Assembly: GCF_041146345.1 (NCBI RefSeq)
Contig: NW_027191411.1
Span: 1,674,001-1,738,000, forward strand
From: Neodothiora populina
Taxonomy: Eukaryota
Direction of reading: 5' to 3'
DNA length: 64,000 bases
The position numbers were made by a program, and so were the translations under genes. The notes below the pieces were generated by a model. The model saw only the letters and a list, made by a program, of their open reading frames with translations, did no database searches and was not told where the DNA came from. Positions 51,378 to 64,000 of this stretch are shown here, in pieces; the stretch's first letter is position 1, and every line of letters starts with the position of its first letter.

Positions 51378-54300
51378 CTACAAAAAGCCTTTGGAGAGAC
51401 TGCTCTTTCTCTGCGGGACTTCGAATCTCATTGCGTCGTTGCCGGCACTGCCAGGCGGCCCGATGGAGCTTCCTCTTCGACTCCTGCCGTCTTCGCTTAG
51501 CGCTGCGAGAGTGGCACTCCTGTGGACACTTCCCCTCTCGATGCGGAGACCTCTGAGACCCTCGAGCTCTCTCTCTAGGCGCAGGCGATTGGCCCGCTCC
51601 TCGTTGAGTTCTCTCTCTGCTCGCCTGGCGGCGAGTTGACTGTGGGAGTCTGATGCTTGGAGCTCGTCGATAGCTGAGAGTAAACCTTTGACTCTCTCCC
51701 TTGACTTGTCGAGGTCTTCGGCGAGCAGATGCGCGCTTTTGTCTCGTCTCTCAATCTGAGCCTGGAGATCACGTACAGTACGGTCGACATTGCGTACGCT
51801 ACGTGCCTCGGCAGTTCGAGACGATTCGAGCGATTCTAGCTGAATTGTCAACTATAAAAAGAAATTAGCGTCGCGACCCTTTATCCTAATTATGCAATGT
51901 TCTGCTTACCTCTTGAATGCGTCCGTGGAGGAAGCGCACGTCTTGGCTGACATTCGAGTATCCTTTCGTCTCGAGATCAATGCACTTGAGCTGCAAGTCC
52001 TTCATACTCTTCTCCAATTGTGCTTTTTCTCTGTGGAGTTGAACGCTGGATTCTCTCTCGCTGTAGATCTCCTTCTGGACCTCTTGGGCTAGAGCCTCGG
52101 CTTTCCTCATCTTGCTAACGGCAGCCTCTGCGATATCCTCTTGCTGAGCGAGACGCTCTTTCAATCCAAGAAGCTCGCGATCTGCAGATGCAGCCGCACG
52201 CTTCGATGGCGAACCTGTCTCCGAGAGATCTTCCAGACGGTTTACAGCCTCCTTGAGACGAGCTTCGAGGCCCTTCTTCTCCTTCGCTAACATCTCCTTC
52301 TCTGCAACCACATCGTCGACATTGGTGCGCAGCGCGCGTACCTGGCTGAGAAGATCGACAATCTTGCCTTGGGCATCATTGTGTGCGTCAACAGCCTCGT
52401 CACGCGAGTTGGAAAGATCTTGCAACACAACGTCCAGGCGTGATTTCTCCTTTGCCCAGGTGGAGCTGTTCAGGACCTCGTCATCCCACTTGCTTCGTAG
52501 CTCTTCGAGCTCGTCGCGCAGGCGTCCGTTCTCGTCACGTGCATGGAGCACGTTCTCACGTTCGACATCAAGCTCATCGGTCAGTGCGGTGAGCTCTCCC
52601 TGGTATTTCTTGCGGGTTTGCTCCATCAGAGATTCTCTGTCCTCGATGTCCATCGCTCTTTGTGAACGATAGTCTTCGAGCTCGTTCTGCAGACGCTTCT
52701 TGGCTTGGAGCGCACCATCAAGGTCCGCCGACAGGTCTTCCACTCTCTCCTCGTATTGCTGCGTCTGGCGTTGCAGATCATCGACCAACGAGTCCATCTG
52801 CTGTCTCTCGGCCATGATGGAAGCACACGTCTCCTCTGCTTCGCGGGCCTGATTCTTAGCGAACTGCTCGGCCTTTGTGGCCTTCAACACTGCTACCTCG
52901 GCGGCTTCGAGCTTGCTAAAGTAGTCGTTGGCTCTGGCCTGGTACAGGTTCAGACTTGCTGTGACATCAACCAACTTGGAAGACTCCGTGTCCAGTCTGA
53001 TCTGCAGGTCGGCGAACTCTTGCAGCAGCTGAGAGTGGTTTCCGGCTTCTTGCTCCCTCTCGTATTCCAGGTCTGCAAGTTCGGACTTTGCATCACGTAG
53101 CTCTACGTCCAGGGCAGACTTGAGGTGCTTGAGCTCGTCGAATGACGTCTTGGCCTCAGCGAGTTCGGCGATGGCAGCATCATGAGAAGTGAGCAGGGAT
53201 CTGCGAGATTGTTCTTGGCAGTTGATCAAGTCAAATAGCTCCTCGTGGGACTTGGTCTGCACCTCCTTCAACGACAACTGGTCGTGACGGATGCTGTGTT
53301 CCAAGGCAGAGACCTTCTTGGCAGAGTCGTCGAGCATATCATGAAGGCGGGTATTCTCCAATGTAAGCTTCTGTACTCGTCTCAACGATGGACTCTCTTC
53401 TTGCCAACCCAGCTTGGATGGACTACGATCAATCTGTGCTTGCAAATGTCTGTTCTGCATCTCTGACATCTGCAACTGAGTCTGCGTCATCTCCAATTCC
53501 GCTGCCAAGTCCATCCTGTTGTTAAATGCCATGGTGTCGTTGGTTCGGTCGGACCGTGCCGAGTCGTTTGTGTTGGCGCTGATGTGACGCTGGTTCGATG
53601 GCGTATGCACAGGTGAAAAGGGCTTCCTAGACTCCCAATCCTTGCGGACGTGCATTGGGGACGAGCGTGCGTTGACCTGGTTGTTGTTCATCTCCTCCAG
53701 CAAGACCCGTTTCGCATTGGCATGCTTAGCGTCATTTTCCTGCATCTCCCCTTGGAATTGAGAGCGTAGGTCATCGAGCTGTGCCTCCGCGCGGTTCGCA
53801 CGTTCGGTGGAAACACGTAGGGATTGTTGTGCAGCCTCGAGCTTCTGAGCCAGATCGATGGTGCGCGTCATGTTAGGTCTGGCACCGTCAAGATTACCAT
53901 TGATACCGACATCCTTCATCTCAGGATCAAAAACCTTCTGAAGAAGAGTGAGCTGGTCGCGGCAGTGGGACAGCTCTTTGTTAGCAGCGTCGAGTGCCGA
54001 CTGAACAGCGCGGGTGTTGGTCTGCGCTTGGGTACGTAGCTGCCTCTCAGTCTCCAGCTTGCGATTTGCGTCGGCGAGCTGAAGATTGACACTTGAAGAC
54101 TGTTGCTCGGCGTTTCTGGTTGTGCGATGTTCGCGCGATACCTCGTGGTTGAGATCTTCAAGTGAGAGAGCCAGCTTTTCCTTCTGTTTTTCGAGAGAAG
54201 TTATGGTAAGCTGAGCATCTTCTAGTTGTCTAACGACCTTCTTTGCCTCTTCTTCAGCCCTTGCCTTGTCTGCAATGAGCTGGTTGAGCTTGGAACGCTG

Positions 54301-57300
54301 TGTGTCGCTTGCACGGGAGTTCGATCGAGCAATATCAAGGTTCTTCTGCTGCACTTTGTTGAGAAGAGCACGGTTGTCGTTCTCCGAAGCAGTGAGACGG
54401 CCCTTGATCGTGACCAGCTCACGCTCGAGACGTTCCTTGTGCTGATCATGATGCAGTCTGAAGGCGTCCGAGTCAGAGATGAGTTGCTTCAGCTTTTGCA
54501 CTTCAGACGCCAATTGAGACCGATCCGCTTCTAGCTCTTCGACTTGCTTCTCCTTGACCTGCAGGTCACGACGCAGAAGACCTTGACGTTCGTTCGCCTG
54601 CCTTGAAAGAGCTTGCTCAACCTTGGCCTCTGCCTCAATCTTAGATTCTTGCAACTCGATATATGATTTGCGCAGTTTCTGGAGCTCAGTTTGGTACTCT
54701 TTGCGCTCCTTCTCTGCTAGCGCGCGTGCCTCTGTGGCTCTACGTGTAACGTCTGACTGTGCGTACATCTCTTTTTCGATGGTGACCTTGGAGTCCCTGA
54801 TGGCCTCGAACTCACGTCTCATGCTGTCCATCTCGCTATCTGCGATCTTCTTGACATCGTCGCGGGATTGGCGTTCACGGCTGAGCTCGGTCTGCACCAG
54901 GAAGAGTTCGGTCTTGAGGTCAGAGATCTGGCTTTCGAGTATCTCAGCTTGGGCATCTGCTGTAGCCTTCTCTTCCAATGCGCGCTTTGCATCGGATAAC
55001 TCTCGCTCAAGCTGGGACTTCTGGGACGTCATTGCTTCCATCTCGGCAATCGACTGACGTAGGCTGTCTTGTATCATGTCGTGCTGACTCGTGAGTGACT
55101 GCTTCTGCTCCTCGAATCGTTTTCGATCATCCTGGAACCTCTTGAGATCGGTCTTGAGGATAGCAAGCTCGCTATCCTTTCTTCGGATGAGGTCTTCGAA
55201 ACTTGTTGAAGTAGCAGACAGGTCGGTCATCTGTTGTCGCACGGATCGATTTTCATCGATGAGATCCTTGATTTGCTTCTTCGATCCTTGAAGCTCTCTC
55301 GATGTTTCTGCAAGCTTCAGGTCTAACTCCTGGTCTTTGTTGAGAATCTTGGCTTCGAGATCTTGCATCTTGCGCTCCTTCAAGCTGAGATGGCTTTTCA
55401 ACATCTTGATCTCTTGGCTCAAGCTCTCCTCCAGTTGTGTTCTTTGCGAGCGTGACTTTTCGACCTCTGCGAGATGGACGTCGAGTTCGGCGATGCGACT
55501 TTGCAAGTTTTCTTTCTCGCCCTCAAGCTTCTCGATGATGAGGCTGGCTTGCTCCAATTGGGCATTCGAGGCTTCGGCTCGTTCTTCAGCCCTGTTCCTT
55601 GCGTCCAGAATGGTGTCCAGCTGGTTCTCGAGTTTATCCTGATCTTCAAGTGCACCGTGAAGCTTTTCGGTAAGCTCTGCTTCTCGGTCTTGCAGACGAT
55701 GGAAGATCTCCTCCTTATCGAGTGCCAGTGCACGTTCGCTTTCGAGAGTCTGCTGCACACGCTGGATTTCGGCCTCCGCGCGCCTCCGCTCGTCCTCGAC
55801 CTTTTGTCGAGTCTCTTCGTCTCGTTGCTTTTGCTCAAGAAGCTTCTTGATCTCCTCCTCACGCTTCTTAACCTCGTTAGACTGCCGAGTCGCCCCCAGC
55901 AGGGGTCTCATCCTGACAAACAGATTCCACCACGGGTTGGCTTGCATGTCCGCATAGACTCTGAAGTTTTGCTGAATGATGCGTGTTGCTTCAGCCCTGT
56001 ATAAGCGTTTGTGAGCGATGCGACGCTGGATGTAGCCTCTTGCCAAAGATTGGAATCGACCCATGATTTCTCGGATGAGTGCATCACGCTGCTCTTCTAG
56101 TTCGGCAAGCACGCCAGCTCTGAAGAAGACCTTGGTGATACCGACCCGATACCATGAGGAATCTAGGTTCAACTTCTCCAAGATAAGCTTGGCTGCTGCT
56201 TGACCGTCCAGAAGAGCTTTCGGCATGTTTTGACACAGCACCTCATATCGAGCTCTGAACTCCGCAAATGGAAGTCGATTGGGAAATCCGGTTCGAGCAA
56301 TGCGTATTCCCTCGAGCACACCATTGCATCGAAGCTGGTCAAGAACCAGTGGTGCAAGGAACTTCTTGGGCTTCTTCTTGTGATTTGGCAGGATGCAACG
56401 AACGAAGTGGGGGTGTGTAGAATGGAGTTGATTCATCAAGGTCGAAAGGTTCTCCTTGTGCCTTTGAGCAACGGTCCTGAAGAGACCTTTCTTGACACGA
56501 TTTCTGCCACCGCTTGTGTCATCTTCGACAACGCCACAGTCGGCATACAGGTGGGAGATGTGATCCTTGGTGGACGACGCTAGTAGTCGAGTGACATTGT
56601 CGTTCATGGGATCTTTGTTCTTCTCTAACCAGCCTTCGGTTGAATATTCGACCTCGGCTGCATAATGGGTGAGCGTGAAACCCTGTTTCAGGAGGGACCT
56701 TCGGTATCGCGTCGTCTTTCTGTCCCACAGCGAATGCAATTTTTCGGTGAATGACTTATCCGTAGCCTTTGGCATGACCGAGTCTTCGTCTAAACACGAG
56801 AAGATACCAATCGGATTAGTCACCTCGATCAGTTCGATGGTAGGCTGGAGGTCTTTGCCGAAATCGATGAACTTCCACTCTATTTGTTCTCTTGCATACT
56901 CTTCTTGCTCCAGAACGAACATGTGGTGGTTGAAGAACTGCTGTAGCTTTTCGTTCGTATAGTTGATGCATAGCTGCTCGAAGCTGTTTTCCTCGAAGAT
57001 TTCGAAACCAGCAATATCCAGCACACCAATGAAATGCGTGTCATCTCCGCCAGTACCAGAGGAGTCTAGTTGCTTGTTGATACGATCCACAAGATTGCCG
57101 AAGCCGCGCTCATAGATTCCTTTTGCCAGAGCGTCGATGGCAAGACGGACCTGCTCTGGGGTTTGGACCTTCTCGACCCACTCTCGCCCTGCCTTCACAC
57201 GAGGATGTAATAGGCCCTTGACGAACAGATCTGCAGGAATGCCCATCAGGTGGCAGAATTTCTCTACCGCGTCGACGGCTTCTGGCGTCAGACTGGCTTG

Positions 57301-58737
57301 GTCTGCTCGTAGACTTTCTTTGGTGACTGTAATATTTCCCAGGTGTAGAATGGCTGCAATAGTCTGCAGCATCTCATCTTGATCCTTCTCGTTGAAGTTC
57401 ATGACATGGAAAGCTTCGATGAGTGACCGCCATTCGGCTTCGTCAGAAACTCCAGAGATGACATCGTTGCCCTGCTTCGTGTACTCGAAGTCATCGGTAT
57501 TCATACCATCGAGAAGGTAGCGGCGTTTCATAGCGTCATCGGCGCCGCTGATGAGCTGGTAAAAGACATGGTAGTTTCGCTCTTGTGAGTTGAGGCGGAC
57601 CACTCTACTCTTTTCGAGAAGATACCAGTCGATGAAGGCTCCTGCTATCTGGCCAGCACGGCTGAAAGCTATGCGGATAAATTTACCAAATCTGGATGAG
57701 TTGTTGTTGCGAACGGTCTGGGCGTTGCCAAAGGCCTCTAGTATGGGATTGGCCCGAAGTATCTGCTCCGAGAGGTTCGACATATGCTTATCTCTCGAGG
57801 CAGACTTGGGCTTCGGTGTGTTCGTGTCTGAAGTTGCAACAGCGGCGAGGTACTGGATGACCTTCTTGGTGTTCTCCGTCTTACCTGCACCGGACTCGCC
57901 AGTGACCAGGATACTTTGGTTTGTGCCCTCGTCGACCAGGTTACGGAAAGCCTCGTCTGCCATGGCGAATATATGCGGTTTTGTGTCTTCCCTGCTCCTT
58001 CCTTTGTACATGTTGATGTAGTCACGCCCATAGATGGGCAGAGGACAGTATGGGTTCACTGTGACCAGGAAGAGACCGGAGTATGTGTAGATCAGGTCGG
58101 CCTGGTATCGCATATGTAGATTGTGTACAACAGAGGCTTCATTGAGGTGGGTGAGCTCGGCCATGTCATCGGCCTTGTCGAACTTGGCGGGATTGACCTT
58201 GTCGACGGAATCTGGATCGACATCGCGTTGCTGTAATCGGGGTCAGTGAGTTAAACGTGGATCATATCAGCTCATACCACTCACGCTCCCGTCGTCGCAC
58301 TGTATTCGTATATGGCCATTCGGCAGCTCCTCCGACACCCATGCGCGAACAAAGGCGTTGTCGGGATCCTTAGCCCAGACATAGCGCTTGCCGGAAAAGT
58401 CATTCTCTCCTTCTATGCCGCCTACTCTCTCAGCGGTGCCGTCCCGCGCCTCAGACTTGATGAACTTCGGGGCGAAGGTACCGCCGATTGGTGTCGAGGA
58501 TTTCGCAGAGACGGAGAAGCGTTTCGAAGGAGCCCTCTCCAGCGACCCCAGACCCAGATCAGCGAAGGACTGATGCCGTGAGTGAGACGAAGGTTCTCCT
58601 ATACGCATCGTGGGTGGCAAGGCGGTTGATCGTGAGCGGGCGTGACCCGGCGGCGGACCAGGCGAAGGGGTGGCATTGATCTTGCCAAATGTGCTGTGTC
58701 GCCAATTAGGCCTTGTAGTCTGTGATGGTGATGACAT
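51378..58737 (-). CDS. MYO1: Myosin type II heavy chain (MyoB/Myo1); exons 58737-58285, 58230-51910, 51851-51378 (about 2415 aa)
   Basis: P-loop GESGAGKT, NNNSSRFGK, DIAGFE, LRCNGVLEGIRI and IQ motifs, followed by a long heptad coiled-coil tail. Confidence 0.97.
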
Positions 58738-59815
58738 TGTGTATTCCGGATTAGTAGAGTATAGCTGTGGTTAGTATGCGCACTCTCCATTCGTAGGGCC
58801 GGTCGCACTCCTAGAGCCACGTGGGCGTCATTTCAGGTGATGGGAAGAGCAAGGTAGAGGGAGAAATGTACAGTAGAATGACAAAAAGGAAGGGTTGTGC
58901 ATACAACCGTTGCAACCTGGAGAGGTGAGAGTTTCACTGCCTTGGCCTCTACCCGTACTAGACAACAAGGATGCTTGGGTTCAGGTTGCTTTGTTGACGT
59001 GTGTGTTTACCTCGCTCTACATTATTTACACCATCTGTACTTTGAAAACAGCGCTAGCCCCAGGTCGTATCGATTGTGAAATCCTTGGCAGTTCTTGGCG
59101 CGAGACTGGGTGCCCGAGCGCGGAAGAGCGGGAGTGCCCTACAAGTAAGGTACTGTATCTACCCAGACCGCCAAGACACAATCGAGGCTCGGCCCTGGGA
59201 AGGACTTGAGCGAGCAGCGCGTGACGAGGCAAGCGAGGCAAGGCAGGGAGAAAGTATGTGGTAGAAAGATTGGCTTCCTTGATAATCTCCAAGGTTTGTG
59301 GACTGTGGAATGTGACAATGCACACTACTGCTTCCATCTTGCAGTCATCACCCGCTCTTTCCACACATTGACCATCTTCAACCTATATATATCGTGTGGC
59401 CTTTTTGCAAAGTAAAGCATCAAGAGCACTCACTCATCACTTCCGCACTGGACACCTTATTGTGTCCTCTTGGCCTACTTGTCCGTCATTTCTGTCTGAC
59501 TTTCAGCATCACTGGCGCTTGATATAAGGCATCTATCTGCCTTACACGCGCCTTCCCGCTCGCCGAAAAGCATTCCAGTGCACCTTCCGAATGAGCATCT
59601 GGATCGTCTGACCGAGCACGCGTTCATTTCAGATTTTGGTATCGCATCTCTATCTCCACCGAACAAGCTCGCCTTGCCTACTGCAACTCGAGGCACGGCT
59701 AACGTCGCCGCCATCATCACTTGACGCTGAATCTCACCCATGCATATCGCCATCTCACCGCTGCGTGTCTTGAACAGGTTCGATTAACCGCAATCTTGCT
59801 GATCGCATTCTCATC

Positions 59816-62800
59816 ATGGCGCATGATAATGCCAGCGGCCCTACGCCGCCTGCATATTACAACCCTTACCCAGTCTGGCCTCCACCGCTACCGACACAGG
59901 CGACAGCGCCGCCAGCCTATCCTCCACCTCTTCCCCAGCTGCCCACTACGCCTCATGCAGTCCAGCCTCCTCCCATGCAGAACGTATCGCTGCCCCCAGA
60001 GTTGCAGGGTCTCAACTTGACACCCCAGCAACTCGCCGCGCTCTTCTCTCACTTCCAATCGCAAACGGCCTCACTACCTCTACCACCACCACCGCCACCT
60101 CCGCCTCCTCCTCCGCAAGCATTCACTCTTCCGCAGCCAGGTACACTCGTTGCCGGTGCTTATCACGCACCCACTGTGCCTGTCCCAATCCCGAGAGCTC
60201 AGCCTGCGGAGGTACCATTGCAGGGGCAGGGACACATGGCATCACCTGATCGCGAAGAGGGGGAGCTAAGTGATTTTGGAGACCGCTCCGCCAGACTTCG
60301 ATCCTCCTTGGCGACGCGGAAGCGTAAGATCAGCCCGCCGCAAAAGGAGGAACGTCTCGTGTCTCAGCGGCAGTCCAGCTACAACAGCGCTTTCACGAAT
60401 GGTCATGGGCACCCCCGTCCCGAAGCGCCATCGGCAGCTCGCAGTCTCCAAGATGTATCTTTGACCGACAGCCAAGACACAAGGCAAAAGAAGGGACCGG
60501 CTCTTGCCTTCGTGTCTATCCTGAACCAGCAAGGCTTTACCTTTGAAGATCTTGTCCGTGAAGGTCTGGATCCAGATTTGTTGCGCAACACTTATGAAGA
60601 ACTCGGCATTCCGGTTGCTGCTGTCACACAAGCCGTGCCAACACTCCCTCCCTCGGTAGAAGAGGTGGCACCCGGCGTTACCACAACAGAAAATGACAAT
60701 GCGCCCATCCCCCGGCCCAGTAATGACAGATCAAGCCCTGCTAGACTGTCAGTCCCTGTCGCGCCCAAAGCCCCTGCTCCAGCGCCTCTGGACCGACAAT
60801 CGTATCTTGCCAGGTTACAGGCTGCAAAGAACAAGAAGTCAGCAGCGTCATCGTCGCCAAAGCACTCTGTCTCCGGATCGGCACCTGGGCATTCTCTTGC
60901 TCCCACTCCGGCTGTGGCAGGTGCCGGAGCTGCGCCCCACTTGTCTTCTGCAAAGGCACCATCCAATCCGATGGCATCTGGGGCCGTGCAACTACAAAGT
61001 TCAACGACGCTACCTCGTCGTGCCGCGCCCGGGAAGGATCAAACGAACAACAAAACCTCAGATGCTGCCACAGAACTAGTGCGAAAAAAGATGGAGGCTC
61101 TCAAGGCCATGAAGCGTCGCATGGCACCTAAACCCTCGACAGACTCGACAACCCCGGTTGATACTCCGAGTTCACAGCCTGCTTCGACCATCATAACACC
61201 CCTCCCAACGGATAGTGATCACATCGAGCCACCGCAGAAATCTGTCGCAGACCAAAGGCCAGTGAACAGTGGCGCCCCCAATTCCGCCAGCGCAATTCCC
61301 GGCCTGACCTCGTTTGGCATTCCAGGCCTTTTCATGTCCTCATCAGGTCCAACCTCAAACGCCGTTCCTTCTACTGCCGAGAACAAGAATTCAGAGGCAC
61401 CACCGACACTGCAACAGACAACCGAACCGCAGGCATTGTCACTGAATCCAACACAGTCGAGCCCTGCTGTGTCAAAGTTGCGCAAACGACCGAATGCATC
61501 TGAATTGATCGAAGCGCAAACGCCATCAACTACGCCGTTTTACAAGCGACCTTTCGGACGCAGCAGGCGGAATAGTTCCGATGATGCTATGATCATCGAG
61601 GTCAGTGACGATGAGGGAGGTGCTGGTGACGACGATGGCAAAGTCAATGAGGCTGGCCAGCCGACAAGCATGTCCCACGAAGCAAATTCCACTCGTCAGA
61701 AGAGCATCAGAGATCTACCACCTCTTCGTGACTTTCCGCATCGAACTATGCCTACGAAAACGGGTCATTTCCAGGGTGCCCCGACTCCAGTAGGCACCCC
61801 TGGCTCTGTCAACGACGCAGAGGAATTGAAACGGAAGGAACAGGAAATCAACGCGCTCCAGGTTAGGATCCAAGAGTACGAGCGGCGCAAAAAGGCTCTC
61901 AAAGCAAAGACACAGTTTGATCAGAGCCGGCCCGAGTCTCCGGCAATCCAGCCTACCCCGTCGCACGTCCGGAGCCCAGTTGCACTGTTGCAGGATGGAA
62001 GAATACCGGGGATACAGAGTACTTCGATTTCTGGCACTGGTCTCATCACAGCTGCGTCAAGTCCTGATCCACATAGCAATCTAAAGGCCGACATTTCTGC
62101 GAGTGATGCTGTACTCACCGATCGTCGTACTGAAATAGCGAGGCTTCAGGAACAGATGGCGATACTGCAGAATCAACATGATACGAAAGAGCACGAGAAA
62201 GAAGACAAGGTCAATCTGCAGAGTCAAGAGATTCGACAAGATAGCTCAGAGGATTCTATGCCGTCACTCGCGGAAGGACTACATGAGCCATCAACATCGC
62301 ACAACACTGGGGGAAAGCTTGGTGAGAGCCTGAGCTATACCTCTGACCATGCAATGCTCGAGGATAATGCCGCATGTGCAGCCGATGAATCTGGTCAATC
62401 AAATACCCCCGAGGACAATGATGAGGACGACAACGATGATGGCTCTAGCATGTCCGAGAGCTCAGGAGAGGATGTAGCCGTGCGACCTGAAGAGAGTTCG
62501 CCCGACCAGCAGGATGCTCCATCAGTTTCGAGCAGTAGCGATATTGAGATGGCGACTTCAGAGACTTCATCGTCCGACGAAGATGATGACGAAGACGAAG
62601 ACAACACAAGATCGCGTGCGGATCCAACAGCATATATGCAAGCAAATGCATCCAAAGAACCGCTCGAGCGGGACATCACGGACGCACTAGCTAGCGACGA
62701 TGATCAAGGTGAAAGCGAGATGGACCTAGAGTCCAGCGACTCGGAAGACTCAGACGACGACTCTGCATATGAACCGGCACCAGCCGAGGTCTCTGCAGAG

Positions 62801-63543
62801 CCGCAGGCAGGTTCTGCTCCACATGCAGTCGCTGATCATGCCAAAGAAAGTATTACTGACGATCTAGCACCAGAACTACAGCCTGACCTACAGCAGCAGA
62901 CAGAGCTGAACACACCGGTAAGACCGCCATAAGATTCACGAATGAGAGCTGACATGCGACCAAACAGTCCAACAATGCCATCGTTGCACGCCCGCAGTAT
63001 AGCCCTTACCAGAGCCCTTTGAAGATGTTCAAGAAATACCGTTTCCATCCCGACTACACGAAGGTTGTGTCTGGCGGCTTTCACTCCTTGACCTATAGCC
63101 ACCGCATAAACCCTGACCTGCCTCTCTGTCGTTTTGAGTTTGCTGGCGGTATATGTCGCGATCAGTCTTGCGACGGGCAACACTGGCGCGACATGACCCT
63201 TTCCGGTGCGTCGTAGTAGGACGCAACGCCTCTTATGTCCCCCTTGCCACACCGCACACTCTGCGCAATCCCCCATCTTCGTCGTTCGCTGTGCCGGAAG
63301 AAAGCTTCGAAGCTAACGTAGGCTACTGACATTGTAGATGACCAACTTCTGATTCAGCTTGGCACTGGTCAAAACAACCCGGCCAAAACCAGAGAGGACA
63401 TTGGCCGCTTCAACGTCGGATTGAAGCTCATCATCCAACAAATTCGGCAGGAGGCGACGAGTAGCACAGAGACGATTGGTGCACGTATTGCAGAACATCG
63501 CCGACAATTTCTAGGCGACGACACCGTCATCGTCTCACAATGA
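59816..63543 (+). CDS. red1: Red1/ZFC3H1-like zf-C3H1 protein (putative MTREC/PAXT nuclear exosome adaptor); exons 59816-62917, 62968-63205, 63338-63543 (about 1181 aa)
   Basis: Signature YQSPLKMFKKYRFHPDY...SLTYSHRINPDLPLCRFEFAGGICRDQSCDGQHW. N-terminal DREEGELSD motif and a long low-complexity body. Confidence 0.85.
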
Positions 63544-64000
63544 GACAGGCGAGCATTCTAATGGTTGGCTCGTGAAAGGTGCGAAATGTACTCTGAGTAA
63601 ACCCCATCCCTTCCTTACCGTCAGCATTCTGTCCACAGCGCCCCTTGGGGTGTTCCAGTCCCGTTGTTTCGGCAGCACGCAGATGAAAATATCTGTCGTA
63701 TGCACTTGTGCAAAAAGCTACAAGTCAAAGTATGCTAAGACTGATGTCGAGGAGCTCGAGTCAACGATGTTGAATTAGCATTATTTGACCCCGGACTATA
63801 GCGTCCTGATACAAGTACCAGAACCGCAGAAAGAGCCTCAAAGGCCAGAAAATATTCGGTCTCTTGGAGACTGAAGACAAGAGAAAAGGGAATGACTTGG
63901 ACATTCCCCGGCTCGCTGCAACGGGGGTTGCAGAAAGCAATATACCACTTATTTATATAGGATAATCATTGAGAACCTTTGTTTCCTCACATCTCACACA

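Overview
This is eukaryotic DNA from a filamentous ascomycete. Short GT..AG introns (many 50-70 nt) with CTRAC branch points and typical Pezizomycotina orthologues support that; a Dothideomycete origin is my guess. The window is a gene-dense, mostly housekeeping segment with about 21 protein-coding genes. In order: COQ10 (3' end), an orphan gene, PUP3, MRPL25, an NAD(P)-binding epimerase-like gene, GFA1, a histidine-phosphatase/PGAM gene, a hypothetical gene, PRE10, a SOD-like mitoribosomal protein (mS42/RSM26), GTS1-like ArfGAP-UBA, RIO1, a putative divergent PPR protein, NDUFS2, RPC40, nudE, ACC1, a YwbE/DUF2196-zinc-finger protein, CFT1, myosin II and a Red1/ZFC3H1-like protein. I spliced the multi-exon genes by hand and every model sums to a multiple of 3. 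I found no tRNA, rRNA, CRISPR array or recognisable transposon, and no clear multi-gene novel system. The best leads are: (i) a YwbE-like domain fused to a UBZ-like zinc finger, with two in-frame starts suggesting mitochondrial/cytosolic dual targeting; (ii) a cryptic PPR-like mitochondrial protein; (iii) a candidate poison 3' splice site in an oversized CFT1 intron; (iv) an orphan gene in a gene-poor island; (v) Puf3/Puf4-type 3'UTR motifs on mitochondrial genes.
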